The position numbers were made by a program, and so were the translations under genes. A DNA stretch of 63,797 nucleotides, filler included, from Sphacelaria rigidula (lineage: Eukaryota): the NCBI GenBank assembly GCA_964200075.2. It is 5 parts of 5 records of this genome, joined end to end, with 100 filler letters (N's around TTAATTAATTAA, not from the genome) between each part and the next. Parts side by side here need not be neighbours in the genome. Positions count along the whole stretch, not along the records: positions 25,561 to 38,239 come from CAXNAA020003511.1; positions 38,340 to 51,018 come from CAXNAA020003512.1; 3 more parts are not named here. One strand, given 5' to 3'. Shown here piece by piece: positions 37,170 through 49,532 of this stretch. The notes beneath the pieces were generated by a model that was not told where the DNA came from, searched no databases, and saw nothing but the letters and a program-made list of their open reading frames with translations. Position 1 is the first letter of the stretch. Every line of letters starts with the position of its first letter.

Positions 37170-37834
37170 GGATGGAGTCGAAAGGCAAACATTTCTGAAA
37201 GGCCGATCGTAGCGATCCAAGCGGTGAGGGCACTCTGCTGCGACGCATATGCCGAAAGTAAGGCAATAGCTGGACGAAACCTTGTAGCTCGCAGAAAGAC
37301 ATCTGAGTCTGTCAATCATTTTCAAGTCAAAATGATACCGATTCAACGTACTACGTAGACCCCCCGGCGGTGGGCGTTTTATTTTTCACAGTGTGCCACA
37401 GAACTGCCACTATTTGATGATTGCTCGATGTTGGCGTTGCACGCATCTGTGTCGCTGTACAGTATCACGGCGTTTTCAAGACTAAGTACAGCAGCTAGCT
37501 GCCTAAAGGCAATCGAAGGTAATGACAGATATTGTGAATGAACTCATCAATCGGAAGATTTTATTTGTAATACAAGGTGTACATTACGTCTGATGAAGAC
37601 GAGCTGGGGTGGGCAACAGTCCCTATCCGCGGTTGGCAGGTCACGCGCCGGTTCATTTTAGGAGTTGGACGCCTGTGGAATTTCAGCAAAGCTTTATCGT
37701 TTTATAACGCCATGGAAAAAACGCGAAGCTGTTGCTGCGTCGAGCATGACTTTTATACTTGCGTGCAGAGGACCCTTGTCAGAGTTCGACTCAAAACTAC
37801 CAGCATTGGACTGCCCGTGAAACGTTTTGTGTGA
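37170..37834 (+). CDS. Possible terminal exons of an unknown gene (37170-37223, 37577-37639, 37769-37834)
   Basis: Three AG/GT-bounded phase-0 segments join into an open frame ending in TGA; no recognisable domain. Confidence 0.25.
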
Positions 37835-38533
37835 CAACCGGTGCGCCCCGGTGGTGTAGCTGATGCAGATGACTACAATTACGGAGGTCACAAGTTCAAA
37901 TCCCGACAGAAACATGAACGGAACGTTTCTGTTTCAGTTGAAAAGGGTGATTTCGGCCATTTCGCACGAGCTTCTGGACCACAAACGCAACCTGGTCTTT
38001 CTTGCCTCAGTGTGGGTTGGGTTTTTCTCCAAGCGTTATTCATTTAGAGCACTTTTCCGCTTCCCTGGAGCCCTAGTTGCAGAAAAACATCACGAGTGCC
38101 TTCTTTTTCCAACTACGGAAGAACCATCACCATCCGGAAATGAGTCGAGAAATAAGCATTGCAGCCCAGCCCCGGTTCGCCCCCCCCCTCCATCTCAGCC
38201 TGGTCCGGCGAGAACCCGGCGTGCTCCGTCCCGGCTTCGNNNNNNNNNNNNNNNNNNNNNNNNNNNNNNNNNNNNNNNNNNNNTTAATTAATTAANNNNN
38301 NNNNNNNNNNNNNNNNNNNNNNNNNNNNNNNNNNNNNNNCACCTGAGCTTTTCCGATGTACAACCAGCCGGGTACTCATCAGGCTGTGTGTGTGGGGGGG
38401 GGGGGGGTGCAATGGCAACGTGAGGACACTCGAAGCTGGGGCGAGATGGGGTTATGGTTTCACCAGGAACACGTGTGTTCTATGATCAACCACTTTCCGC
38501 TGCATTTGTGACCCACGCTGTTAGGCGCAGACC

Positions 38534-41500
38534 TGTCGAGTAGTCCACCTTCAGTACTCGTGCAGGTGCATGATGGGATGTCTGTTGATAAAGAGATATG
38601 GGTATGAGGTTTACATGAGACTAGGTCATGAGATATTCTCTGGAGTATGACCATGGCTGCTTGACATATGATGTGTGTGCGTGGAGGTGCAAAGATGACT
38701 TGCGGTTTATAACTGAAGAAAACTGTGTGTATAACTGCTTTGTCATGAAGTCTCTGACGCCCCGCTGGGGAGGAAGCCTTCGGAACAAGCATTGAGGCCT
38801 TTTTCTGAATCCAGACAAGTCTACAATATATGTTTATTCAGGAAACTTGTGGTTTCTGACCGGAGTCGCTGAGCCCTGCACAAAAAGCGAGGACGCTCGT
38901 TGAAGAAGAGGGGGCGACGGTGAACGGGTGCAGGAAGTCATTGAAAATGGCATCAGATGAGGAGTCTACGAAGGACTTCAAAACGCAGTGAGAACTGCGT
39001 GAGGAAGAGGTGCTGTGGTCGTCACAGTGTGGTGACAAAGCTCGTCTTGGTGCACGGGCGGAGTTGCTGTTCCTGTCATCGGGAGGCAACTGAACTTGTT
39101 TTTTGGAAATGGATCCATTGGAGGTAGCAGCTGGTGTAAAAAAGGCACTGCCAGTGGAGCTCTTTGAATGCATATTTCAAGGACAATCAGGGTGCTGCCC
39201 GTGTATTTCGCTATCCAGACCATACGTTCAAGGCAGGACCGGCACGCGTCGTCACCAGAGCCATGCTTGCCGGCATGATCCCTGTAGCGTTCAAGAACAC
39301 AGTTCAAGACAGGCTGCACACGAGGGGGGGTGGCAGAAGAGCCCAGAGGTGGTGAACCATGGAGCGCTTGGGGTGGGTGAACTGTGGCAGATGTAGGAAA
39401 AGGACGAGAGGCAAAGCAGTGCGTCGAACAAAGATGCATTAGCCCGATGCTATTGGCACTGTTGGGGTCGGGGGTGTCATATATGTGATGATACTGGAGG
39501 GCAGCGCGAGCCCGCAGCTCGCGATGCTTATGTCGATCCAATCTGCCACTGTGATAGGGCGGGAGAAAGGTGTGCTTCACACGAATCTCTGCTTCAAGGA
39601 AAGGTGGATTCCAAATTGGCGGATGTAGATCCGCGTGATCGACTTGCGATCGATGACCAGCGTCTAGCTGGGGACTTTCCTGGTGTGATTGAAGCAACAG
39701 GGGGGTGTAACCCGTGTGCAACGGGTAGGCAGGACAACTTTCAGACTTGTACTGCTGTTGAGCAATGCTACGGTAGGGGTTGCCCTTTTTGTTCCTGGTC
39801 TCTTTTTTGTCGGAGCCCAAATACATGAGGCTTACTTTACTGTGCAACCCGAATCTCCGGGGACCGAACTCCCAGAAACATGGTTGCACGCGGAGGTCTT
39901 TTCGTGAATCGGCATCATTTTCAGTATTTGTCAAGTAAAAATGATGCCGATTCTCAAAATGGCCTATCCAACACTCCGAACTGCCCCAAGAAACGTTTTC
40001 TCTAGAAACGTGCAACCCCTACCATAGCATTGCTCTGTTGACAATCAACATTCCTACGGCGACGTCACGCTTTAGGTGGTTTTGAGTTGGTCGTACTTGC
40101 TGTTTACATGGACAGCTTTGGCGTGTGCGGCGAAGATGACGGAGATTTATCTTTTGCGTCAACTGTCTGAGGAGGATGGCTTGAAGCCATCGGGAGGTGT
40201 TGCTCTGCGGGACCGTCTGGGTGTTTCCGTTTCTCTTCCTATTCCGGAAGACCGACCCGAGAACAGCTTCTCATCAATGCGCGGGTATCTGTGGGGGCAG
40301 AGGATTTCTCGCACTGGTTTGACGGTACTAATATACCGTTGGGTGGTGAGCTGGGTGGCACTGTGGGGGTGCTAGATGTAGCTGGACCGACAGTACGCGG
40401 AGCGAGTGTTCGAATGGAAGCGCTAAGTTCTGGTGTGCGTGATTTGTGGTCCGACTATTGCTGTTTCTCTGGAGTGGGCTGGAGGACTACACGGGAGGCA
40501 TTACTTGGGGTGCTTGCTGGTGGTGAGCGCCGAGTTGGATGATGCTAGAAAGCAAGTGCTAGTGTGATTGAGTGCTTGTTGAGATTGCGACTGAAAAAAC
40601 ACGAATAAACTACACTCTTGAATCGTTTGGGTACGATTTTAGTTTGTTGTGTTGTCTGTAGTTCTGTTTATATTGCTGTTTGCGCACGAGGCATGGCGGT
40701 CGAACGAGTATGATCGTATTGCGTATGCCGGGTGAAACCCCGACGTGCACGTGCATGTTTTTGTGTCTGTGTGTTGAATTGCTTTGGTCAGCGCATGATG
40801 CACGATGGTTGAGACTGAGGTTTCATTGCATATGATGGGTGAAATTCTGGCATGCATGTGTGGACTTTTACGACATGTTATTGATGTGCATGGTGTCAGA
40901 TGAACAGTCATGTCACAGTAGTTTTCCAATACTGCTGAACGTTGGATGAGGTACATCAAAACGATTCCTGTTTGCAAAATGCGGCGAAATTATCGTTGCG
41001 CGGTTTGCGCTACTGACTAAAGGAGCTGATAATTGCTGTTGCTGGCATGAACATGAGGGGATACGCTCCCGAAATGCTTAAGTTCGTATGTGAGCAGGTA
41101 TAACGCGAGTATTTCTATGGAATACAATGAAAATGGTGGGATGCTTGAAGTTCCAAGTTCCCTGACGTTTGAGGCTATTCGCGGGGGTCGAGTCCGAAGA
41201 CTTGTTTCGGGCTGAGATTCGACGCCTGAAGGCAAGTACCATAAGTTCAGACTAAGTCAAAAGGTGCGGGCACGGTTGCAGGCAAAGTACGGTATCAAGC
41301 TTTGAGTGCATGGTGTCTGCTACTGATTAAGATGGTAATATACTTGGCGCGTTTGCTTTGTGTGAGTATGCTATACTGGCAATAACCAATGAATGATTGA
41401 TTTCACTCAGTTCGATTGAGACGTTGTCTTCGAGTGTCGTTGTTCAGGGTTGAGCAAATTATCATTTCCTTCTGTGGAACATGACACTGCATGGTCGTGT

Positions 41501-41896
41501 GTCACTAACAGGCGCACAAAGGTAGCATAAACATGATTGTCGCTGTCTACTGTTTGTGTTAAACTCGCTTTCTACTTCGAGTAATGCGGGACTTTGGGGG
41601 TGCTGTAGAGTAGTCCACCTTCAGTCCACGTGCACGTGCATGATAAGCTGTCTGTTGGTACAGGAGATATGGATATGAGCTTTATGTGAGACTAGGTCAT
41701 GCGATATTCTCTGGAGTATGCCCATGACTGCTTGACATTAGATGTGTGTGCGTGGAGGTGCAAATGTCATTTCCGGTTTAACGAAGACAACTGTTTGTAT
41801 AATTACTTTGTCATGAAGTCTCTGAAGCCCTGCTGAAGAAGAGGAAGCCTTTGGAGCAAGCACTGAGGCCTTGTTCTGAATCTAGATAAGTCTACA
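38534..41896 (+). mobile_element. Non-autonomous LTR element (LTRs 38534-38825 and 41604-41896)
   Basis: ~292-bp diverged direct repeats with TG...CA ends (TGTAGA...TCTACA); 4-bp TSD GACC/AACC; G-rich PPT-like tract before the right LTR; no recognisable pol. Confidence 0.8.
39760..40035. mobile_element. MITE with GAG termini and 4-bp TSD (Sola2-like)
   Basis: 24-bp TIR GAGCAATGCTAYGGTAGGGGTTGC; TSD TGTT at 39756-39759 and 40036-40039; internal hairpin at 39907-39952. Confidence 0.8.
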
Positions 41897-44368
41897 AACC
41901 GCAAAGGTCTTGCCTAAGAATAGCTTTCGAGTAGAGTGGTGGGCACTTCGTCAAACAAGCCCGGGCATAGCTTTCGTTGCTCTGCTTGTACTGACTGCCT
42001 GCACAACAGCCGTAGCGCTGAATTTGACAATGCTTGTACAATAGAACGATTTTTTTTTCAGGTCTTATTTCATAGAATCAAAGCGGCTCTCAATAGCTGC
42101 GGGACGGTGTCTTCCCCGGTTCCCGCCAGGTATTAAAAAAATGACGACACGGTTTTTGCAAGCTCTATGGGACCTTGACGGGCACAGAGAATTTTGTTCG
42201 CATAAAATTCTGTTTTTTCCCACCTGAAAAGCGTTTTATCTGCCCGACTTTCGAATTCTAACTTGAACCTGTCCCTTTCACTTCGGTTCTATACTGATCG
42301 CTTCTTGCAAATCCTAGAATAGTTTGGTATGACTGTTCGACAGCATTTTCGTACGTTTGATCAAACCGAAAGCGAGCACTTTCCCGCAGATATCGAGAAC
42401 CGTTTTGATTCTATGGAATAAGGCAGAGAAACGAAACTGTTTTATTGTACAAGCATTGCTAAATTCTGTGCTATGGTTGTTGTGCAGCCAGTCAGTAAAA
42501 GTAGAGCAACGGAAGCTATGTCCGGACTTGTTTGACGTAATACCGACCACTCTGCTCGATAGCCATTTTCAGGCAAGACCTTTGCGGGTGGTGCTTGACG
42601 ACATGGGTCACAAATGCAACGGAAAGTGGTTGATCATAGAACACACGTGTTCCTGGTGAAACCATTACCCTATCTCGCCTCAGTCTAGAATGTCCTCACG
42701 TCGCCATTGCACACACACACAACCAAGCTCAGGTGACACGGTGGCAGCCCCCATATGGATCACGCCAGCAACAGTTAGGTCACCGCCAGAGAGATCTCTT
42801 TTTATTCCGCATGCCAAGAAGGTCTCCGCGAGCGTTTAATCTCTCATACACCCCCCCAACTGGGGTGTGGTAGACTTGCCCGTGTTGTGAACTCCCACGT
42901 GTACAGGTCGAGTAAAATCAACGATGACAACAGCACCCCCAAGTTGCGACTGCATCTTCCTATTGCCGCAACACCGTCCTTCTTGGCATGTGTGTGCGTG
43001 AGAGAACAGTAGCGGTGATGGCAACACCGCCCTGCTTTTCGGCCACATGTTCTGCAACGCACAGAGGTGCGTTCTGTCCAAAGAGAGAGGCAGACAGGAT
43101 TGGACATTTGCATTGGTCAACGCCACAGACAAAAAATAGTGTATCAGTCAAGATGTGACACCCCTCGGCACCTCGATCTTCTTTGCGGGGCTGTGCAGCC
43201 GTGAATCGCCTGCCGGCACATGGCAAATTGGTTATATGCTGGTAACATGATGCCAATCTCTCCAGCGATTGGGAATCGCCGAATGAGGACACACAAAGGA
43301 CACGGGCGAGGAGCTTCCTTTCCGCCGTTGCTCTTCCGGTGGTATCATCATCGACACGCGTGTACACCGCATTCATTCGGTGCACCTAGCCACACGTGCT
43401 TAATTGCTAGAGAAATGTTTTTTGCGAAGATGCTTTACCTTGTCACAACTGTTTGGCACAAAACCTGCATTTTAGTTGTGCCACTAGAACATCATTTTTG
43501 TGTCAAACCTCATTTTCGAGGATCATCGGTTGTCCGTTTCGAACCGCCGTTCAACCTTTTCAATGGTTTTCCTTTTCCATTACATGAAGGCGTTTTTTCC
43601 TCAAGATGGGCGAGGGGCGAAGCGCTGCTCGTGTGTGATGATGCCGAAACTTGGAGGGTATGCTGATTGGTACCACAGGCGGGTGTAAAAGTTACAAATG
43701 TAGTGGCGGCGCGACGCGCTGAGGGCGCAGTGTGCGTTGAAATGGTGGATACGACCGTTGCGCATATTTGTTTTTTCAACTCTTGTCTGATGGCAATCAC
43801 AGGGTTTACGATATCAATCGGGCACGCAGGCAGTGATAGATCCTGCCAGCCGTGTCATGAATCTTCGACCGGCTATGGGCCAACGCTCGGAGAGACACAG
43901 CAAAGAAGCACCCTTGAGGCTCGGGTATATATACGAGGGTTGGGGGCTCAGCGTTCCCGCTCAAAATCGCTCGATAGCTTCATAACTGTAGGTTAGCTCC
44001 TCCATCGCGATGGGTGGGTTCTGCCACGGCCCCTTACCGGCGTACCTGGCAAGGGGGCAACATCTGCTTACAAGTAGTACGAGAACTTTCGCAATGGGCG
44101 TGCTGGCAGTCTAGCAGCCATGGGGGTGATCGTGGCGGTAATCTTCTCTCGGTACCAACTTGAACCACGGCCGTTTCGGGTGTGTGTGTGAATATTTTGG
44201 TGACTGACCAACTACACTATACCGAGGTCGTGCGTAGTATTTTACTATCGAACAGAGTGACACGTTATGCAAGTCTAGCCTCACACCACACACGATCAGC
44301 AACAGTTCTCGTGTGCAGAGTGGCGCCCCTAGCTCTGAGAATACAGTACCGACTTTGTCATAAACTGG

Positions 44369-44736
44369 GGCCGGACGCCCCTGTGGCTCAGTTGATAACC
44401 ACGAATTCGTTACATGGCTGAGTCGTGGGCTCGAATCTCGGCGCGATCTTTTTTTCTTCTCACACAATGCCCAACAGTGGAGAGTGACCATGTAGTGGGT
44501 ACACAAAATTCGACTCCACGGTCGACAAGGGAAAGGGACTGCTGAACCCCTCGCGCGATAAAAAATAAAGGCAAGCATCGCAGAAAGAAGGTGAAGAACT
44601 AAAAACAAACAAGAAAGAAAAAAAATCTCCCGTGTTGGCCTTCCTCCTGTGACCCCGGTTGGTGCGCCCACAGATACCAAAATATGTAGACTGGCGTCCA
44701 GAATAGATGGGATAACAACATAACACAACACAACAC
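44369..44736 (+). mobile_element. tRNA-derived SINE (family 2)
   Basis: A box TGGCTCAGTTG, B-box-like GGGCTCGAATC, (ACAAC)n tail; second copy at 52625-52988. Confidence 0.75.
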
Positions 44737-45138
44737 TCCCGGATCGGGGCAGGTTTTTTGTAGCGACCGCTTGCGATTTGTGCAGTGATGTTCGTCCTTC
44801 GTCATGCTGATTCCTCCACCGCCAATCCACGTCTGCTGCGCCAGCTGTCCATACTGATTGTGATCACCTCTCTTCCTAAGACTGTTTCTTCTCTGGGTTC
44901 AACACAACTGATACTGTGGAACATCACTGCTTCAGCTCAAACATGAAAAATTACACAACTTACCGACACAAGAGCCTGCATATCATGGGAACGCAACAAG
45001 ACTGTATTGCTAAGAGTATGCCCAATATTGGCGATGGTGAAGCCATCACCTTGGCATTGCATATACTTGATGTTTCGCCTCCTCTTCCGCTGCTGTTGGT
45101 ATTGTTCCTCGTTCGTCGTGTGAAACATACGTGAGCAG

Positions 45139-45191
45139 GCAGTACCGCCGCTTGGCGCTTATTCTCCACCCAGATAAGAACAGGCACGCAG
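45139..45191 (+). CDS. DnaJ-domain protein, exon containing the HPD motif (upstream exons unresolved)
   Basis: QYRRLALILHPDKNRHA; AG/GT boundaries; phase 1 fits the next exon. Confidence 0.85.
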
Positions 45192-45576
45192 GTAGGAGGA
45201 CGCGGGCAATATATACTCCAGAAAACTGCACACATGAAAGCTGTACAAGTACTATCTTCAGTATGCGTGGGCCTGTGGTAGGATTGGAGTTTGGAACCCT
45301 TGTAGACTTGGATTTTGACGCTCGTTGGTTCATCCCGAAGACCGCAATAAACCTCTAGGATGCGCGGCAATGCAACCAGTCTCCTTGTCCTGAATAAATC
45401 AAAACTCGCTGCCGAAGGTGCGAACATCATATGGTACTCGCAGTGAATAGAACCTAGAGCCGTGTTAGCGAGAGGTATTGAATGAATGCGCGTATCCTTT
45501 ACTCAAGTCTGATTGACCCAGAGGTTATTTCAATTATACTCCTCACGCCTGCAAATGTTACGATTGCCATGCACAG

Positions 45577-45899
45577 ATGCGGAGGCTGCATTCAAGAAGC
45601 TCACGGCCGCCTTCGAAAAACTCAACGACCCTGTCCAGCAGGCCGCTAGCCGGGCGGATGCTGAACGTACCGCACATCGGGATCGAAGTCGAAACCGAGG
45701 ATCACCTCCTCACGGCAGCGGCAGGGGTGGTAACGGCACTCATCCTGCCCCCACAGATGCAAACAGTGATGTCAGGGCAGACGTCAACAGCGGACGGGGG
45801 GCAAGAGATGCACCCAGGTGGTGCCGAGAGGGAGAGTATATTCCCGAACAGAAAAGGAAGGAAGAAGAGGAGGAAGTTCGTGAGGCGAGAACGAGAAAA
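45577..45899 (+). CDS. DnaJ-domain protein, exon with J-domain helix III/IV
   Basis: DAEAAFKKLTAAFEKLNDP...; GCACAG acceptor and GTAAGT donor. Confidence 0.8.
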
Positions 45900-46650
45900 G
45901 TAAGTTTCCGCGAAGAGGGAAAATATTGGGAGGATTCTGGGGAGTATGGTATCAACCATGTAGACTGGTGTCCAGAGTAGATGGGATGACAAGACAACAC
46001 GCACACACACACGCACAAACGTGAATGCACAGAGCAGTATGGCGGCTTCTAGGTGGTTTGGTAACGATAGAAAGAGAGCAATGTAGTATCTACTTTACCG
46101 GGTATGTGTGGCACATGGTCTTGTACAGCAACGACCGCGCCCCCGTCGTGGAAGTGGTAGACGGAAGGTCAGTTTAGGTAGATAGTTGTGCCCACGGGGG
46201 TCCTTAAGTTGGGAGCCTGCTTTCTGTCGTTGAAAGAGTGAAGACGTGAGCAGCACATGAATATTCGAGGAAAGTCGACGAGCCTAGGGAGTGCTGATCC
46301 AATGCTCCATAATCAATCGTCAGGTGGGTACCAGGGCAGACATGAATGGATTCCTTGATATTACGGCCTCGTCTCGATTGAGGTGGGCAGCTAGCTACAA
46401 ATGTGACGAAAAATACGTAATAGGATTGCTTATTCGAGATACTGTGAAGATATCGGGCATCGGACACTATAATCAACATGTTGTCCGTTTCCACGGACGC
46501 ACATGTGTGCAGGCCTTGCTACCGGCTACTATCTGACTCGCGATAATCGAAAATTACGGCTTGGCTTTCCGCTCGATACGGCCGATGTCGCATGCTTCTA
46601 TCTCACATTCAACGTATGTAATGGTCAACTCATGCTTGCAAACTATACAG

Positions 46651-46749
46651 GAGCGATCGACGCGAGAGTTTTGGGAGGACTTTGAACAACAGGAGAAGGT
46701 GTTCAAAGAGAAAGTAGCGCACGCGAGGGAACTTGCTGCGGAGAGGACG
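46651..46749 (+). CDS. DnaJ-domain protein, coiled-coil exon
   Basis: ERSTREFWEDFEQQEKVFKEKVAHARELAAERT; phase 0/0; TACAG acceptor and GTGAG donor. Confidence 0.75.
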
Positions 46750-47217
46750 GTGAGCCGCATTGTCGTCGATGAGTACACGGGATGTCCATACTTTGGGACG
46801 CGCTACAGCACTGGCGATCCCATCGTACATACGTGAAATGCCAGTAGGCCAAACTTATGAACAAAATGTATAGGGTTCGAGTTCAGGCACAAGTCTATTC
46901 GTGCAGAATTTCTCTGGTGTCGCGGTGGCGGGACAGTGCCTTGCATATATTTTGACATATATATATATATATTAGTATATGTGGTGTCATGCTTGGCCAA
47001 TCACACGCAACCGATTCCACGCGCAGTACCGCTCGATTCGGGGTGCTCTGTTCTGCCGCATCTTTGCTCCTGCTTTCATTCACCACATGTCCATGGCTGA
47101 CGATGAGGATGTTAGCGTCCGTGAGTGTACAGTTTGTTGCCGCGTAGGGTGTCACGAATCTTCGACCATCTCGAATCCAGGCGCGATCCTAGCATTGCCT
47201 ACTACAATATACAGAGG

Positions 47218-47655
47218 GGGTAGAAAATTGGTGGCGCACGCTGATGCTGATTTCGCGAAGTTTGATATTAGGCGTTTCGTGTCGGGATTGGCTATTTCTT
47301 TACATGGTGTAGCCACGTTATTTTTCATGAACACCGAGAAACGTGACATTTGTCTACTCCTGAGACAGAATGCATACTCTGCAGCAGGGATCGTAGAAAA
47401 GAACTTGTCGCTAATGTACTGGATCACGTGCCACGTGCATTCTTCGTACCGCGTACGAGGAAAATCACCCTGCTACCGACCCCTACCGAAAGTTCCAAAG
47501 CAGTCAGCACATTGATGTGCATCGTCATGAGGACCGTACCATAGAAGAGACGGACGTGCCGTTCTCTGCCGCATGCTGACGTGCTGACAAAGCCCTATCG
47601 GTGGAGAGCTCTTCACACTTTACCAGAGAGATGTGTTCTTGAAGATAGAATAGCT
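47218..47655 (+). pseudogene. Copia RNase H remnant in an intron
   Basis: LVAHADADFA..RRFVSG, HIDVH and HADVLTK motifs with frameshifts. Confidence 0.75.
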
Positions 47656-48474
47656 GACGTGTGATCGATTCGAAATCTTGGACCTTCCTGTACGTCAAGC
47701 AAAATAGCTCTCAGATTGAGATTCCGTCGCGAGGTTCAGCGTAGGAGTCCGTCCCACTCGGGGTGAAGTGCATCATCACAACATGTAACCTTACTGTTTT
47801 TTCGGTCGCGTAGTGACTTTTCCGTTGCGGATAGTGCGCAACTAGAGATCGATTCTCCTTGCACGACGGGGTTCAATCTTTCGGCATGAACAGATGGGGT
47901 GTTACATTCAAGTTCCAGAGGACATATGGTCCACCAATTTGCGGAACAGGGCGGGCATTGACTGAGTGATTTCGCAAATTGGTGACAACCAAGAAGGTAC
48001 AGCGCAAAGTACTTGGCATTCATGCACATGCCGCGACCGGCGATGATTTGATATCATTCGACGAGATCCCTAGCCGTCTTGTTCGATGTAGATCTAAACA
48101 ACGTACGCAGCCTGTGCATCTGCTGGGCTCATCTTGGAGCACTTGTCAACAGGGGAGTGCCTAGAAACAGCCAGAAAGAAACCGTGCATATGAGCATACA
48201 ATGAAACCTCCTTGAAAATATTCCAGATTCCGTCCGTACCTGGCGTGGCCAGACGTTTAGAGTGGCATTTTCACCCACCGCGCAACCACCTGGCGTTCGA
48301 TTCCACGACCATACCACCCCAATCTTGAGCGATGTAAACCACCATTTCTTTCAGGGTGAGACTTAGCTTCACAGATGTGTCACTGTGCTCGGCGATATGG
48401 TCTCGCCCTTGCAAACATCCAAACCGCATGCCTGCGTCTACCGTGTTGCTGAACCCTACCCTGTCATTTTGTAG

Positions 48475-49020
48475 CGGGCGAAGGCCGAGGCAAGAGAGCG
48501 AGCCGACCAGGAGCGCGTGCAACGCTTGCGTGACAGTATTTTAGGAAACCAGGGCGCGAGCGAGGTGGAAGCAAAAACGGCTTCGTGGCAACAATTTATG
48601 ACTTCCCGATCATCCACCAGTACCATGTCGACGAAACGAAAACACACGAAAACTGGAACAATTGACAGCAGCCCCAAACACGAGGAGGCGGGAAAAGCAA
48701 GCGTGCCACCACCTCCACCCAGTACCACCGCCGACAGGGGGAAAGATAGTACCGCCAACAAGGGCAAAACGGGGGGTAATGCTGTTCAGGAAGGCGGAGC
48801 TGTTAGCGCGGGTGGTGTTGGCATACCGGGAACCCGAGGAAGATCTTCTCAGCACGATAAGGGCCGTGATGAGAACACATGTGGAGGAAGTGGAGCGACT
48901 TCTTTTGCGTGTTGGGTGTGCCGACGAGGATTTAAATCGGCTAGAGCGCTGGCGCATCATGAAGCCAAGTCGGAATTACACCTAATCAATGTTCAGTTGC
49001 GAGAGTTTCTCTCGCCGTGA
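48475..49020 (+). CDS. DnaJ-domain protein, last exon with C-terminal C2H2 zinc finger
   Basis: TTTTGTAG acceptor, phase 0; ...CWVCRRGFKSARALAHHEAKSELH...TGA. Confidence 0.75.
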   Translation, partial: RAKAEARERADQERVQRLRDSILGNQGASEVEAKTASWQQFMTSRSSTSTMSTKRKHTKTGTIDSSPKHEEAGKASVPPPPPSTTADRGKDSTANKGKTGGNAVQEGGAVSAGGVGIPGTRGRSSQHDKGRDENTCGGSGATSFACWVCRRGFKSARALAHHEAKSELHLINVQLREFLSP

Positions 49021-49477
49021 GGTCTCGTGGCCGTGTATTTACTGTTGTTCAAGGCAGTTGCGGGACACAGGCGTTCTGTCCCAACATGACTAGAGTGAGC
49101 CCCGTCTTGACCATCTTGGTCTCCCTTTCTCACACACTCGCCCCTCAGCTGCGTTGACATTTAAAGGAAGTCACTTTTATGTCCGAAACACTTCAAACAC
49201 GCCAGATTTTACTGGGAGGCGGACTTTCGGTCAAGCAATCATGAAAAACAGCAAGAAGGCATGGGAAAACACCAAGCCATACAACGGGCTACGCATATCA
49301 CGGTACACGAATAACACTAAACCTCTCCGTACGTCTCCGTGGACACAAGAGACATGGACAGTAATAATTGCTCCCACATCTATTCGACCCGAGACACATT
49401 GAGCGAAACATTTGCAACACCCTGTGCAGAGCCCAAAGCCCCAAGAACCCCACCACCGGCCGTTGGGAACGTCGTTA

Positions 49478-49532
49478 GCAGCAGTCCACGCAGCACAGCC
49501 AGCAGTCCACGCAGCACAGCCAGCAGTGCACA
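49478..49532. repeat. 21-bp tandem repeat AGCAGTCCACGCAGCACAGCC, about 2.5 copies
   Basis: Read directly from the sequence. Confidence 0.85.

Larger units (their letters stand above)
38340..42735. mobile_element. Foldback/MITE with ~400-bp TIRs; left arm split by an LTR element
   Basis: 38340-38533 plus 41897-42110 together form the reverse complement of 42377-42735. Confidence 0.8.

Noticed and set aside
38978-40015. 345-aa ORF as an intact gene
   Set aside because: It starts inside a MITE and crosses its boundary; a chance fusion with a decayed frame
38340-42735. DIRS/Ngaro or Penelope-type split repeat architecture
   Set aside because: The direct and inverted repeats are fully explained by an LTR element inserted in one arm of a foldback element; no RT, tyrosine recombinase or GIY-YIG seen
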